Shown here: piece by piece, positions 12,141 to 24,470 of the stretch
How the letters are laid out: each line of letters opens with the position of its first letter
How positions within the stretch are numbered: the first letter of the stretch is position 1
Assembly: GCA_051294375.1 (NCBI GenBank)
Contig: CM119264.1
Coordinates: 27,633,469 to 27,697,468 of the forward strand
Reading direction: 5' to 3'
Length of the DNA: 64,000 bases
Source of the DNA: Paraspadella gotoi
Taxonomy: Eukaryota > Animalia > Chaetognatha
The notes under the pieces: model-generated
Told to the model about the DNA's origin: nothing
Database searches by the model: none
The model's input: only the letters and a program-made list of their open reading frames with translations
Made by a program: the position numbers and the translations under genes

Positions 12141-12432
12141 GGCTCATCAGCAGGAACATAATCATCATCATCATCTTTATCATCATCGTCATCATCATCA
12201 GTGTCATCAGTAGGAACTTAATCATCATCATCATCATCAGTATCATCAGCAGGAACATAATCATCATCATCATCATAATCATCATCATCAGTATCATCAG
12301 TAGAAACATAATCATCATCATCATCATCATTATCATCAACATCATTATCATCAAAATCATCAGTTTCATCAGTAGGAACATAATCCTCATCATCATCATC
12401 ATCATCATCATCGTCATCATCATCATCATCAG
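12093..12432. repeat. (ATC)n microsatellite with periodic AG(C/T)AGGAACATA interruptions
   Basis: The interruption recurs about 5 times. Confidence 0.9.
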
Positions 12433-12691
12433 TTTCACCAACATGCAATAGAAAAGTCGAGTTGCAATTTCATTAATAAAAATAATTTAAAACAACAAAT
12501 GAATTTAGTTATTCTCGTCTTCTTGGTTACCGAATTGTCGTCGTCATATTCTCATCGGATTCGTTTGTTCTCCTCACCTTTTGCCCTCACCCTTCATTTC
12601 CACCCTTACCTTCCCCTTAGCCTGACCCAAGAAACCCACTCTCTTCCGGGTCGTAATCCTTCGATTTTATCGTCTGGTTTCCCTGGCCATG

Positions 12692-12728
<37 letters not shown>

Positions 12729-14474
12729 GCCTGTTGTCGTTGTTGTTGTTGTTTATGACTTGTTTTGGCGTATGATATCGATGAACAGCCGACAGCAACC
12801 CGCCGTTTCATGTACAGGGATTTTTTTTTTCTTCTCTTCTCTCTCTCTCTCTCTCTTTCTTCTCTCTCTCTCTTCTCTCGTCTCTCTCTCCTCTCTCTCT
12901 GCTCTCTCTCTTGCTCCTTTCGTGGCAGGTTATATCCGTGTTTCTTGTTTTCTTTGAAATTAAAAGAAGAAGGAAGCGATAGAGACGATCGGGAGTGATG
13001 GGAGGTGCGAGGAAGAATAAGGAAAGTGAGGATAGGGAGGAGGAAGCGGAGAAAGAAGAAAGGAAAGGGAGGAAGGAGGAGAAAGAATAGGAGAAAAAAG
13101 GAAAGGAAAGGGAGGAAATGAATTAAGGGAGAAAAAGGAAAAGAGAAGAGGAGGAGAGGGGGAAAGGAAAGTAAAAAAAAAGAAGGGGGAGGATTGAGGA
13201 AAAGTATTGAAGGGAAGGAGAAAAGAAAAGGACAAAGGAGAAAAGGAAAGGAAAAGAAAGAAAGAAAGGGAAAGAAAATAAGAGTAGGGGAGGAAAAGAG
13301 GAAAAGAACGAAAAAAAGGAAATAAAAAGAAAAGAAGGAGGAAAGAAAAGAATCAAGGGAAAAAGGGAAAAAGAAAAATAGGGATACAAAAGTAAGGGAG
13401 GAAAGAAAAAGGATAAAAAGGAAAGTAAAAATAGCAAGAGAGATAGACAATAGAGAGCAAGAGAGAAAGAATGTAGAAACAGAGTAAGACTCTCTCATTA
13501 GTGACTCGTCCTAAATTCCTACGTTGGTAAGTTTAACGGATCCAATTCATGTCTCGTGTTCCGAGGTTAGTTTGAGTTTGTCTGGACTTTCTTTATAGTC
13601 ATATTAGGGGCAGTATTGATTATAACGGTAAAGAAGGAGAATTAAATTTAACGTTGAAAAAAGAATAATCCTAAACTAAAACCATTGGTTCTGGAATCAT
13701 TAAAAGCTGCTTACACCAGCTACCTACTTTCCGGTTTCATTTAAAAACGGTTGGAGTTGGATAATCTCGTTATCTCTCGTCTAAATATTCTTGTTTGTTC
13801 TCTCAAATAATTTTTTTCTTGTGCTCCACTCTACTATACAGTTGCCTCATAAACCCAAACCGATCTCTGCAGATTCACCAGACCAATCAAAACAATTAAT
13901 CAATCAAACCAACGAAAGTTTTCCAATCAATCAATCCAACCGCCTCGTAGTCACAGATTTACGAACTCTTTCGTCCGATTCTCATCAATTTTCCCCTAAG
14001 AGCGGCAGAAGGATGTCTTGTCTTATCTTCTTTCTTTCTTTGTGTCGTTCTGTGTTGGGTGTGTAGTTACACCAGCTAGGTGCTTGCTGTCGTTATCTGT
14101 TCTTGATGTCTTTCTTGTCTTGTCTTTCTGATCTTTCTGTGTCGTTCGTTTCTTTTCTTCTATTCTTCTTTCTTCTTTTTTTTAGACAAAAATCCCTGGC
14201 TTGTTTTATTCCAAATATTCTAACGCTCACGATGAGCTCATCCTTCTGCACGTTCTCTCTCTCTCTCATCGTCTCTCCTTCTTCTCTCGTCCTTTCTCTT
14301 GCACTGCCTTCGGATCTTCTTCTCGTCTCCCTCCCGATCTCTCCCTCTCATCTTCTTCCAACGATGAGATTTTTTCTCCCAGGGCGCTGCAGACTCATAG
14401 CGAAATGCAAAGTCTCGTGGCTTATGGATTTAGCAACAAAAACGTGAAGGGCACAGCAACAAACTGAGAGAGAG

Positions 14475-14526
<52 letters not shown>

Positions 14527-16149
14527 CAGGAGAGACGGAGAGGAGAGAGAAGAGAGAGAGAGGAGACGGCAAGAAGCAGCTTGTCATTGTTTTTCGTGTT
14601 TTCTGTCATGTGAGCTGACAGTCCTCGCTCTGTTGGCCTAGCGGACGTGTTTTTGTGTTCGGGTGGGATGGCAGGGGTGTGAGAGGAGGAGAGGGTGACT
14701 CAGGTCATGGCATGGACGAGGGTTAGGGTAAGGGTGAGGGTTGAGCACAGGGTGGTAGGGGTGGCAGGTGGGGTACCCACTCGCCACCGCGCTCGGATGT
14801 GGGTATGTTTGTGTGTTTGCTTCGCCGCCTGGATGGCGGGGTCGATGACAAGGGCGGAATTCATAAAAGATCAGTCGTCTCTGCTCTCTCTCGTCTCTCT
14901 CTCTCTTCGTCTCTCTCGTCGTCTCTCGTCCTCTCAGTCTCTCTCGTCTGCCTCTGTCCGTCTGTCATCTTCGGTCTTTTCTCCTCTCTCTCGTACAGGC
15001 TCTTTCTTTAATGTTCTCTCGGCTTCTCATCTCCCGCGGTCTAAAGTCAACCGGTCAGTCAAGTGATTCCATTCTAGCCACGGAGAGAGAGGTAAATCTC
15101 GCTTAGGGCAATGTCCACTCTCTCTCTCTCCTCTCTCTGTCCTCATCTCTGTCTCTCTCTCCTCTCTTCTTCTCTCTCTCTCTCTTCTGTCTCGTCTTTC
15201 TCTCTCTCGGTCTCGGTTCACTTATCTCTCTCTTCATCTGTCTCTCTCGTGCACGTCTTTCCTAATCCTTTTTTTCCTTTGTGTGTCCATTGAAACTTAC
15301 AAACATGCGGACCGTTTTTTGCTTTTTTTTCTTTTTCCATTTTCTTTTTTCCCTTCAACTTCATTCGAGCCACAAAGACCATTTGTTTCAGTTTTTTTTT
15401 TTCGAAGCTACGAACGATAATAGAGGACGAGTTAAGTTTAAGTTTTCATTTCATGATGTTTTCAATTCATAATCATGAAACACATCACAAACTTATGAGA
15501 AACCCTTTAATTTTGTTTATATATTCCTTGATCATTAAATCTAGACTTTTTTTTCATATTTTCTTTCTATTTTTTTAAACATCTTGTCATCTTGCCGAGC
15601 ATGTTCTAGCGGAACATCATTTATCTTGTCGATTGTCAGTCAGAGCCTCTGTGCAGACTGTTAAGATCAGAGCCTCAGTGCAGCCAGTTGAGTTCGTTTG
15701 CCTCCACATTTCTCAATTCCTTTTCTCTCCCGGCCTCTTGAAGTGTTTATCAAAGGTTCGACCGAATTTAGGGCTTGGTTCGCTGCCACGAGTCACATCG
15801 AAGCGCAAATGCTGCTATTTATGTCCTTTTATATTTACGTTAATGTGCTTAAATGCATTTTCTTTTTGGCAATGAAATTACAGGGGATTTTCTCAACAAA
15901 ACGTCTGCCACTATCAAAAAAGATTTAAAGATAGTAAAAATCCTTCCGCGAATTTCTCTTTAATATTTGAGGTCCACACGGGAAGACGACAAGGGAAGAA
16001 CGCACAAATTCGATTTCTCTCTCAGTCTCATACTGTCTAATCTTCGTAATCTTCAGCATTGTCGTCGTCGTCGTCGTGGTTATCGTCGTCTTCTTCATCC
16101 GTTTTTGACTTTTGAATTCGACTTTCAACGTCGTCCTTGTCCATGTCCA

Positions 16150-16295
16150 ATCTATCTATCTATCTATCTNNNNNNNNNNCTATCTGTCTATCTGTCTATC
16201 TATCTGTCTATCTGTCTATCTGTCTATCTATCAAATCTATCTATCTATCTATCTTTCTATCTATCTATCAATCTATCAATCTATCTGTCTATCTG

Positions 16296-16327
<32 letters not shown>

Positions 16328-16634
16328 NNNNNNNNNNNNNNNNNNNNNNNNNNNNNNNNNNNNNNNNNNNNNNNNNNNNNNNNNNNNNNNNNNNNNNNNN
16401 NNNNNNNNNNNNNNNNNNNNNNNNNNNNNNNNNNNNNNNNNNNNNNNNNNNNNNNNNNNNNNNNNNNNNNNNNNNNNNNNNNNNNNNNNNNNNNNNNNNN
16501 NNNNNNNNNNNNNNNNNNNNNNNNNNNNNNNNNNNNNNNNNNNNNNNNNNNNNNNNNNNNNNNNNNNNNNNNNNNNNNNNNNNNNNNNNNNNNNNNNNNN
16601 NNNNNNNNNNNNNNNNNNNNNNNNNNNNNNNNNN

Positions 16635-16667
<33 letters not shown>

Positions 16668-16670
16668 CTA
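16150..16670. repeat. (TCTA/TCTG)n microsatellite spanning N gaps
   Basis: Direct observation. Confidence 0.9.
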
Positions 16671-16821
16671 TCGATGTATATATCCGTCTATTTGACTTTG
16701 GTCTGTCTGTCTGTCTCGTCTGTACAATCAAAGGACTTTTAAATTAAGTCAAGTCTGTCGCCATCTTCTGGATATTGACATCATCTTCCTCAAAATCAGA
16801 GTCATCGTCACTTATGGAAGT

Positions 16822-16874
<53 letters not shown>

Positions 16875-17660
16875 TCGCGATAGTCATCGCCCGGACTTTC
16901 CGTCATCACCATTTGAAAAGAAATATGGAATAAGAAAAAATTCATAGCAAAAAATGGAAAAGAAGCAAAAATGGAAATAAAAAAATAATAAGAAGAAAAA
17001 ATTCCATGTTTTTTTTNNNNNNNNNNNNNNNNNNNNNNNNNNNNNNNNNNNNNNNNNNNNNNNNNNNNNNNNNNNNNNNNNNNNNNNNNNNNNNNNNNNN
17101 NNNNNNNNNNNNNNNNNNNNNNNNNNNNNNNNNNNNNNNNNNNNNNNNNNNNNNNNNNNNNNNNNNNNNNNNNNNNNNNNNNNNNNNNNNNNNNNNNNNN
17201 NNNNNNNNNNNNNNNNNNNNNNNNNNNNNNNNCTCTCTCTCTCTCTTCTGCTTCTTCTTCGTCTTTTATTCACTGAATTCATTTGTGAATTCATTTCATT
17301 CATTTCAGCGAATTCATTTTCGGTGAATGATTCCAAAAAATGAGCGTGAAAAGCTTTTTTTTTCTTTTTTTCTTTTTTTCTTCTTTCGCCTCTCGACGTC
17401 ATCGCGAGTCTTTGAAGGAGAAAAGAGAAAAATGAAGGTTTTAATGAAATTTTAATACGAAAATTCCGGCCTCTAATTTGATGAAACATAANNNNNNNNN
17501 NNNNNNNNNNNNNNNNNNNNNNNNNNNNNNNNNNNNNNNNNNNNNNNNNNNNNNNNNNNNNNNNNNNNNNNNNNNNNNNNNNNNNNNNNNNNNNNNNNNN
17601 NNNNNNNNNNNNNNNNNNNNNNNNNNNNNNNNNNNNNNNNNNNNNNNNNNNNNNNNNNNN

Positions 17661-17697
<37 letters not shown>

Positions 17698-18082
17698 AAA
17701 CGGATTTGGCTTTTAAATGACGGAAAAAAATGAAACTTTAATTTTATAAACGATGAGTAATTTGCTTTGTGATTTATTTTTTAATAAGAAGACTTTTTGA
17801 ATAATTTCAAACTACAAACTTTAGTAATTGCGTGTGAGATTTTACGTTTCATTTTCATCTCACTCCTCTTCAATTACGGTTTCAAATGAGGTTACAGTGC
17901 ATTTTCGCATAAAATACAGCAGTAAAGAGAGTTTTGAGCATCGTTTAAAAAGATTAACAGCATTTAAGGGGATGAGTCTTCTTCTTTTCCTCCCATTAGG
18001 TCGTCATCAAACAATCGCTTTTTTCTTCTCAAAAAGTCTTTCCTTCATTTCAATGATCATTGGACATCAAAACAAACCATTT

Positions 18083-18119
<37 letters not shown>

Positions 18120-19569
18120 CTTCTCTCTCTTCTCTTCTCTGCTTCTGCTCTCCCTCTTCTTCGTCCTCTCTCTCTCTCTCTTCGCTCTCTCTCTCCTTGC
18201 GCTAGTCGCCACATTTCCAAACATACAAGCCATTCGTGCCGAGCGCTTGAGCAATGAAGACGAAAAGAACTTTTGCGCTGCGAGCGTTCACACGGAACGA
18301 CCATTGACTATGTCCCTTTTTTTTTCTCCGAGGGAATGACTCTGTAAAGTGTTTTTGAAATTCCGGAGATACCACACGCGTAGATAGTTCACGTGAGACT
18401 GGGGAAAATTCGAACAGTGGGGTTTTTGATGAAGAGGCATGGAGAGAAAGATGGAGAGTAGCGGAAGTAGACGAGAAGAGCGTGCGAGAGAAAGCGCGAC
18501 GAGACGAGAGAGAGATAGAGCTTGAGATGATAGGCAACTAGCTTCAAATGGTGTGTTGATAGAGATTACAGTGTGAGGTGGTATATTTTTTCTTGTCTAT
18601 TGTGTTTTTTTCATTTTTTTTTTTGGTAACCGCGGGATCGGTAATGTATCCTCAACAAGTTTTTATAAATTTTAAGGATGCGGGTTCCACTCGGACTTTT
18701 CACTCGTAACCGGTTTATGTCATGTCTTACTTGCCCATGTAGAGCTTGAAAGTGAAAGTTTGGAGTGTCATAAATTTTAGATCGTTATATATCTTTGGAA
18801 GACGGTGCATCTGATGACGTGGAATACTAATCTTTAGTTTTGTTTTTTCTTTTCGCCCTACAGAGACCTTTATGAGTAAGCCCCAAACATGCGGTTTAAT
18901 TTGTAGCCACTGCCACCCACCGCTAGATCTTCGCTTCCGCAGCTATCTCTCCCGAATCTGGCATCTCCAGCCATTCATCCTCCGATACCTGCTGTCGCCC
19001 TACCTGTTCCTATCTGCTCGCAGCTATCGCCGTGCATCCAGCCTCATATGCGGCGATGCCAGCTCTGAGCGTTAACGTTCCTAACTCGTCAACAAGACAC
19101 TTCCTCTCCGATCATACAAATCACGTTCACCTGTCTCCTCTGCTCTTTTATTCTCCCTCAGCCCTGTAACGAAACACTCCTCCGGATGCTCTGCCAACGT
19201 GCCTAAATGACTTACACACATCGTAACACACTTCCAGACTGTGCTTCTCCTATTCGAATACCAACATCCCTCGTCGTCATCTGACTATACACAGTAGCAT
19301 GCTGCGCTCCAGCCCACATAGCCATACACTATCCTCAGTCCTGCGACCTTATTCCCGGAAGTCAATACATACACCCTGATCTCCCAGGTCCAGCGCGCGG
19401 GATCTCCGCACTCAGGCTAGCCCCGCCCCACGCTACTCATCCTCTCAATTCTGTATCTCAATACCAAGAACTCTCTTACCTCCATGCTCCTCCTCCAGTC
19501 ACTAGCCCCCTCGCTGGCCCAACACTTCTCGTCCCTCGTGTTGATAGAGAAATAGCAAAGTTTTTTTTA

Positions 19570-21497
19570 AAATCCGCGGGTCAAGCAAATTTATTTGTAC
19601 TAATATATTTCAGGAGAAAAGCTTTTGTGCATTTCTCTAGGTATATCCTAATAACACACGAAAACGGACAAGGTTCCATACGCATCATAGACTGAAAATT
19701 AAAACATCAGCGTCTTAAATATTGTTTCTTATAGTAAATTTTTAAAAATTTGCATTTAAAATTTGGTATAGCCTACAATATTTTCCATATACTGTGAGAT
19801 TACGTATATATAATTATAGGGAAACTCAGTTGGTGCCCTCTTATGAATCAAATTAATAAAATAAATATTACCAAAAAAGCATTTTTATCCTGGTTTTTAT
19901 ATTCATGTTCCTATATGCCTAACAATTTTAAATTTGATTAAATTTACGTAATTCTCTACATCATCTCTACTGCCTCACGGTTGCCATTAGTTACAACTTT
20001 TTACAACCACTAATATCAGAATGAAACAGTATGCGTACGTGATGTATTGATAGTCAGGCAGCAATATATCTTTCAAATGTTTTATTTTAATACATACAGT
20101 ATACTTTTCTTAATGAGACAGTTCGAAAGGTATGTCAAGCACCAAGACTCGTCTCGGTTTACCTTATAAACACGACAACAAAAGAAAGGATTTACACTAT
20201 TCCGTGGAGTACTGTTTTTTTTTTTAACAACATCTATTCATTTCATTACTGAAATTCAAGTTCATTGTATTTTCATCTCTTAAGGCTACCCAAATGATTA
20301 TTTTATTTATTCTAAAATGATTGAATCTTTATGTTTTCTTTCTTTCTCTTAGAGCTGTTAGCAATGTTGTGCACAATCATCAAATTCCATCACGCGTTCC
20401 CCTCCGTCACTTAACATTCATGGTGCTCCCACTATTTCAATTTCCCTTTTTTNNNNNNNNNNNNNNNNNNNNNNNNNTGGTGCCCTCTTATGAATCAAAT
20501 TATAAAATAAATTTACCAAAAAAATTTTATTGGTTTTTATTTTCATGTTCTATATGCTAAATTTTAATTTTATAAAATTTACTAATTTTCACATCACTCT
20601 ACTGCCCAGTGCCCATTGTACAACTTTTATAACGATATAACTGACATATCTCTGTGAATTGATATCAAAAAATTATCTTTCTTGTTTTATTCTATCATAC
20701 AGTATCTTTNNNNNNNNNNNNNNNNNNNNNNNNNNNNNNNNNNNNNNNNNNNNNNNNNNNNNNNNNNNNNNNNNNNNNNNNNNNNNNNNNNNNNNNNNNN
20801 NNNNNNNNNNNNNNNNNNNNNNNNNNNNNNNNNNNNNNNNNNNNNNNNNNNNNNNNNTGAGTATTGTCAACAAACTGTCTCGTTAATCTATAAACACAAC
20901 AAAAAAGAAAGGATTTACACTTAGTACCTTGTTTAAAACTCTATTATCATTCCTGAATCAGTTCATGTATTTATTCTTTTATTTATTTATCTAAATTGAA
21001 TCTTGTTCCTTTCTTTAGCTATGTTAGCAATGTGCACAATCATCAAATTCATCACGTTCTTTAACATCATGGTTTCCACTTTCAATTTCCCTTTTTTTCC
21101 CGTCGACAGTTTCGTGATTCCACATTCAACTCCTTTCCGCCGATCGGCTGAGTTTTTTTTCGCCCAAATCGGCGACGACAAATGTTGTCTTTGTTCGCCC
21201 CGCTCTGTTTTCTTTGCAAAGTTATTGGCTACGGAGATGAAAACCGTCTTTTGTTTCGACTCGCCGCCAGTGTTTATATGGGCCGGTTTTTCGAGGCTTC
21301 NNNNNNNNNNNNNNNNNNNNNNNNNCGTCGTCTCTCGCTCTCTCGTCTGCTCTCTCGGTCCTCTCCTCTCTCTCTCTCTCCTCTCTCTGCTCTCTCCAGA
21401 GCCCTATTTTCTGCTTTTTCTTTCCTGTCACCGCTTCTCACAATCTCCCTCATCGTCTCTTTCTCCCCGTCTATCTTCTCTCTCTTTCCATCCCATA

Positions 21498-21528
<31 letters not shown>

Positions 21529-22740
21529 TCTGCTCTCGATCTCGGTCTCATCTCTCTGCTCTCATCTGTCTGCTCTCCTCCCTCTCGGTCTTCTCTCGGC
21601 TCTCGTACAACAGCCTCGAAAAAAAAACCGGGCCCATATAAACACTGGCGGGACCGAGTTATATTCTCTTCTCTCTGTATATATATATATTAAAGGACGG
21701 TTTTTCAGTCCTCGCGTAGCCAATAACAGACTTTGGGCAAGGAAAAACATGAGCGGGGCGAACAAAAGACAAACATGTCGGTCCGCCCGATGTTGGTGGA
21801 GGCGCGGAAAAAAAAAAAGAAACCCACTCAGCGCCGAATCGGCGAAAGGAGTTGGGAAAGTTGTGTTGGAATTCAGCGAAAACTTGTCGAGGACGGAAAA
21901 AAAAAAAAAAGGGATAGAATTGAAAGTGGTGGAAAAAAAGACGCATGATGTTAGAAGAAGCGCTGATGAATTTGAAATTTGATATGTGGCAGCCATTAGC
22001 ATAACATAGCTAAAGAAAGAAAACAAGATGTCAAGTTTTAGGATAAATATAACTAAAAGAGATAAAAGCATGAAGCTGATTTCCAGGAAATGAATAATAC
22101 GAGGTTTTAAACAAGGTACTAAGTGTAGAATCCTTTCTTTTTGTTGGTGTTTATCGAAGATTAAACAGAGACATGTTTGTTGACCAATGGACTAAACAAC
22201 TGTTCAGTAAAAAGATACTGGTAGATGATAAATAAAACAACAAAGAGTAATTGCTGATTCAGATTCAACACGAAGAGAATTATGTCATATAGTCGTTGTA
22301 AAAAATTGTACAATGGGCAACTGGGCAGTAAAGAAGTGATGTGAAAATGAGTAATTTTATCAAAATTAAATTTAGCATATAGAACATTCGATATATAAGA
22401 ACGCCGAATAATTTTTTGGTAAAATATTTATTTATAATTTGATGTCATAAGCAGGGGCACGCACTCGAAGCGTATATTGTATTAGTTATAGTAAGTAAAC
22501 GGTAATAGTAGTAGGCTAAAATTAAATGGGCGAGAATTTAAATCTTTACAAAGAAGCAATATTTTAAGACCGCATGCTGGATTTTGAGATTTTCAGCTTT
22601 ATGGAGTGCGATAGAACCTTTCGTTTTCGTTGTTATATAGGATAGCGTAGGAGAAATGCAAAAGTTTTTGGAAATTAGTATAAATAAAAAACCAAATACA
22701 ATTTTTGTACCAAATTTTAAAAACTTTGGCATTTCTCTCT
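19570..22740. repeat. One ~1-kb AT-rich block present three times: 19570-20452, 20478-21300 (direct) and 21612-22740 (inverted)
   Basis: TGGTGCCCTCTTATGAATCAAATT occurs at 19831 and 20478 and inverted at ~22435-22460; 21090-21300 mirrors 21612-21915. Confidence 0.85.
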
Positions 22741-24114
22741 ATACATTATCAGTTTAAAAAATATAAGTTTTTATAATTTAACCGTACGTAACAACTACTT
22801 AATTTGTTTCAAAAAGATTAAAATAATTTTATTACTATCACTTGTTTTCAAAAAGTTATTGAATCTGTTCCTGCCCTCAGAGAGAGAGAGAGAGAGAGAG
22901 AGAGTTTTCTCGGCGATAATATTACCGTTGAAACTGAAGGCTCCTCAATCTAAAGAAGACGTTTATCAACGTTAAGACCGAAAATGGAAGAGAGAAAGAA
23001 AAAAGTAAAATAAAATGGAAACTCGTCTTCCTGAAATCCATCCAGGTTCCAATCTTTTTTCTAAAAAAAAAAATTGTAAAAAAACGTTATATAACAACAA
23101 TAAGTAAATGCAGTGAAGACATATAAGCAGTTTTAAAACGCATAATGACCAAAAAGGGACAATATATACGTATATAAATTATACTGTGAGAGAGTCTTTT
23201 TGAAAGCTTCAAGGTTTTTTTCAATGTTATTATCTTGTAAAAGTGAGGCAAGATATTTTTTATATTGGATGTCCTAATTTGAATCAAATTTTGATGACGG
23301 TTTTTTGAGGCTTCTATATATTTTTTCAAAAGAAAATAATATATGTATTATGTAGTATGGTATGGAACTGAAGAGACAAGGCTAAACTAAAAGAAGTTGA
23401 GAAAATAGGGGAAAAAAATTAATGAGAAAATATCCGACAAACCCGACAGGGAAGCCCCTCCAACACCAAGGGGTCTCGGCCACTCGCGGGGGTCGAAACA
23501 GCCCGCAAGGGTCAGGAAAGNNNNNNNNNNNNNNNNNNNNNNNNNNNNNNNNNNNNNNNNNNNNNNNNNNNNNNNNNNNNNNNNNNNNNNNNNNNNNNNN
23601 NNNNNNNNNNNNNNNNNNNNNNNNNNNNNNNNNNNNNNNNNAGCGAAGGTAAAAGAAACAAATGATTTACACACGTGGAAGCAACAACGAATCTGGGGTT
23701 GAGAGGAGGGAAAATTTTGGGGTGTGGAAGGAGAGAGAGAAAATGAAGAAAGGGTTCGAGCGTTTGAGAGTGATCAGAATGTCTGGGAACATGTATGATG
23801 TGCTTTGATATATGCCTTGATGTATGATGTGCCTTGAATATGTTGTGAGGTTATAAATAACTTTGAAATGCACGTACTTGTCCCAAGTCCTAACGTTCAC
23901 GATTCTCATAACAATTTTTATTAAATACAAAATGAAAACTTGATGTTTGAACTACAAAAGAGATGAAAAAATTTATATTCTTATCCGGAAAATTTAAAAA
24001 AATAATAAAAGGGAGACTACGAATTTGAGATTTACAACAATATTGGCATAAAAAAAGTTCGAAGAAAAAAAAACCGAGGACGGCCGTATGATTGATATTT
24101 TTTGCCCTTCATAC

Positions 24115-24230
<116 letters not shown>

Positions 24231-24380
24231 TTCAGAGAAGGGAAAGAGAAATGGAAATTAAGCACAAGTAAAAAAAAGAAAGAAAAAAAGAAAAAAAGAA
24301 GTTTTCTCAGAATTATAATCGCATTCGAAGAAACTGCGTCTCTTCTTATCTTTCACGAGATTCGATTCCCTCACGAAAAC

Positions 24381-24470
24381 GTCACGTGATCACGCAAAAA
24401 GAGTCACGTGCGCTTGGGAAATGATCACGTGAACATGAGGAATGATCAAGTGAACTCGCGAAAGGGCGGG
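24381..24470. promoter_or_regulatory. Cluster of three CACGTG E-boxes plus a GC box
   Basis: CACGTG at 24383, 24405 and 24426 (all TCACGTG, two GTCACGTG); GGGCGG at 24464. No linked gene identified. Confidence 0.3.

Noticed and set aside
12610-12810. Possible upstream exon of the C1orf87-like gene (donor at ~12610)
   Set aside because: No frame is open through to the donor, and no phase-compatible chain to 8192 was found.
14715-14760. Telomere-like GGTTAGGGTAAGGGTGAGGG
   Set aside because: Only one exact TTAGGG, in low-quality G-rich sequence.
15967-17699. ORFs with long X runs (also 20.6, 23.4, 25.0 and 44.5 kb)
   Set aside because: They read through N gaps.
18860-19540. C-rich non-repetitive stretch with a 67-aa ORF
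   Set aside because: Strand-skewed, low-quality-looking sequence next to the noisy duplicated block; no recognisable motif.
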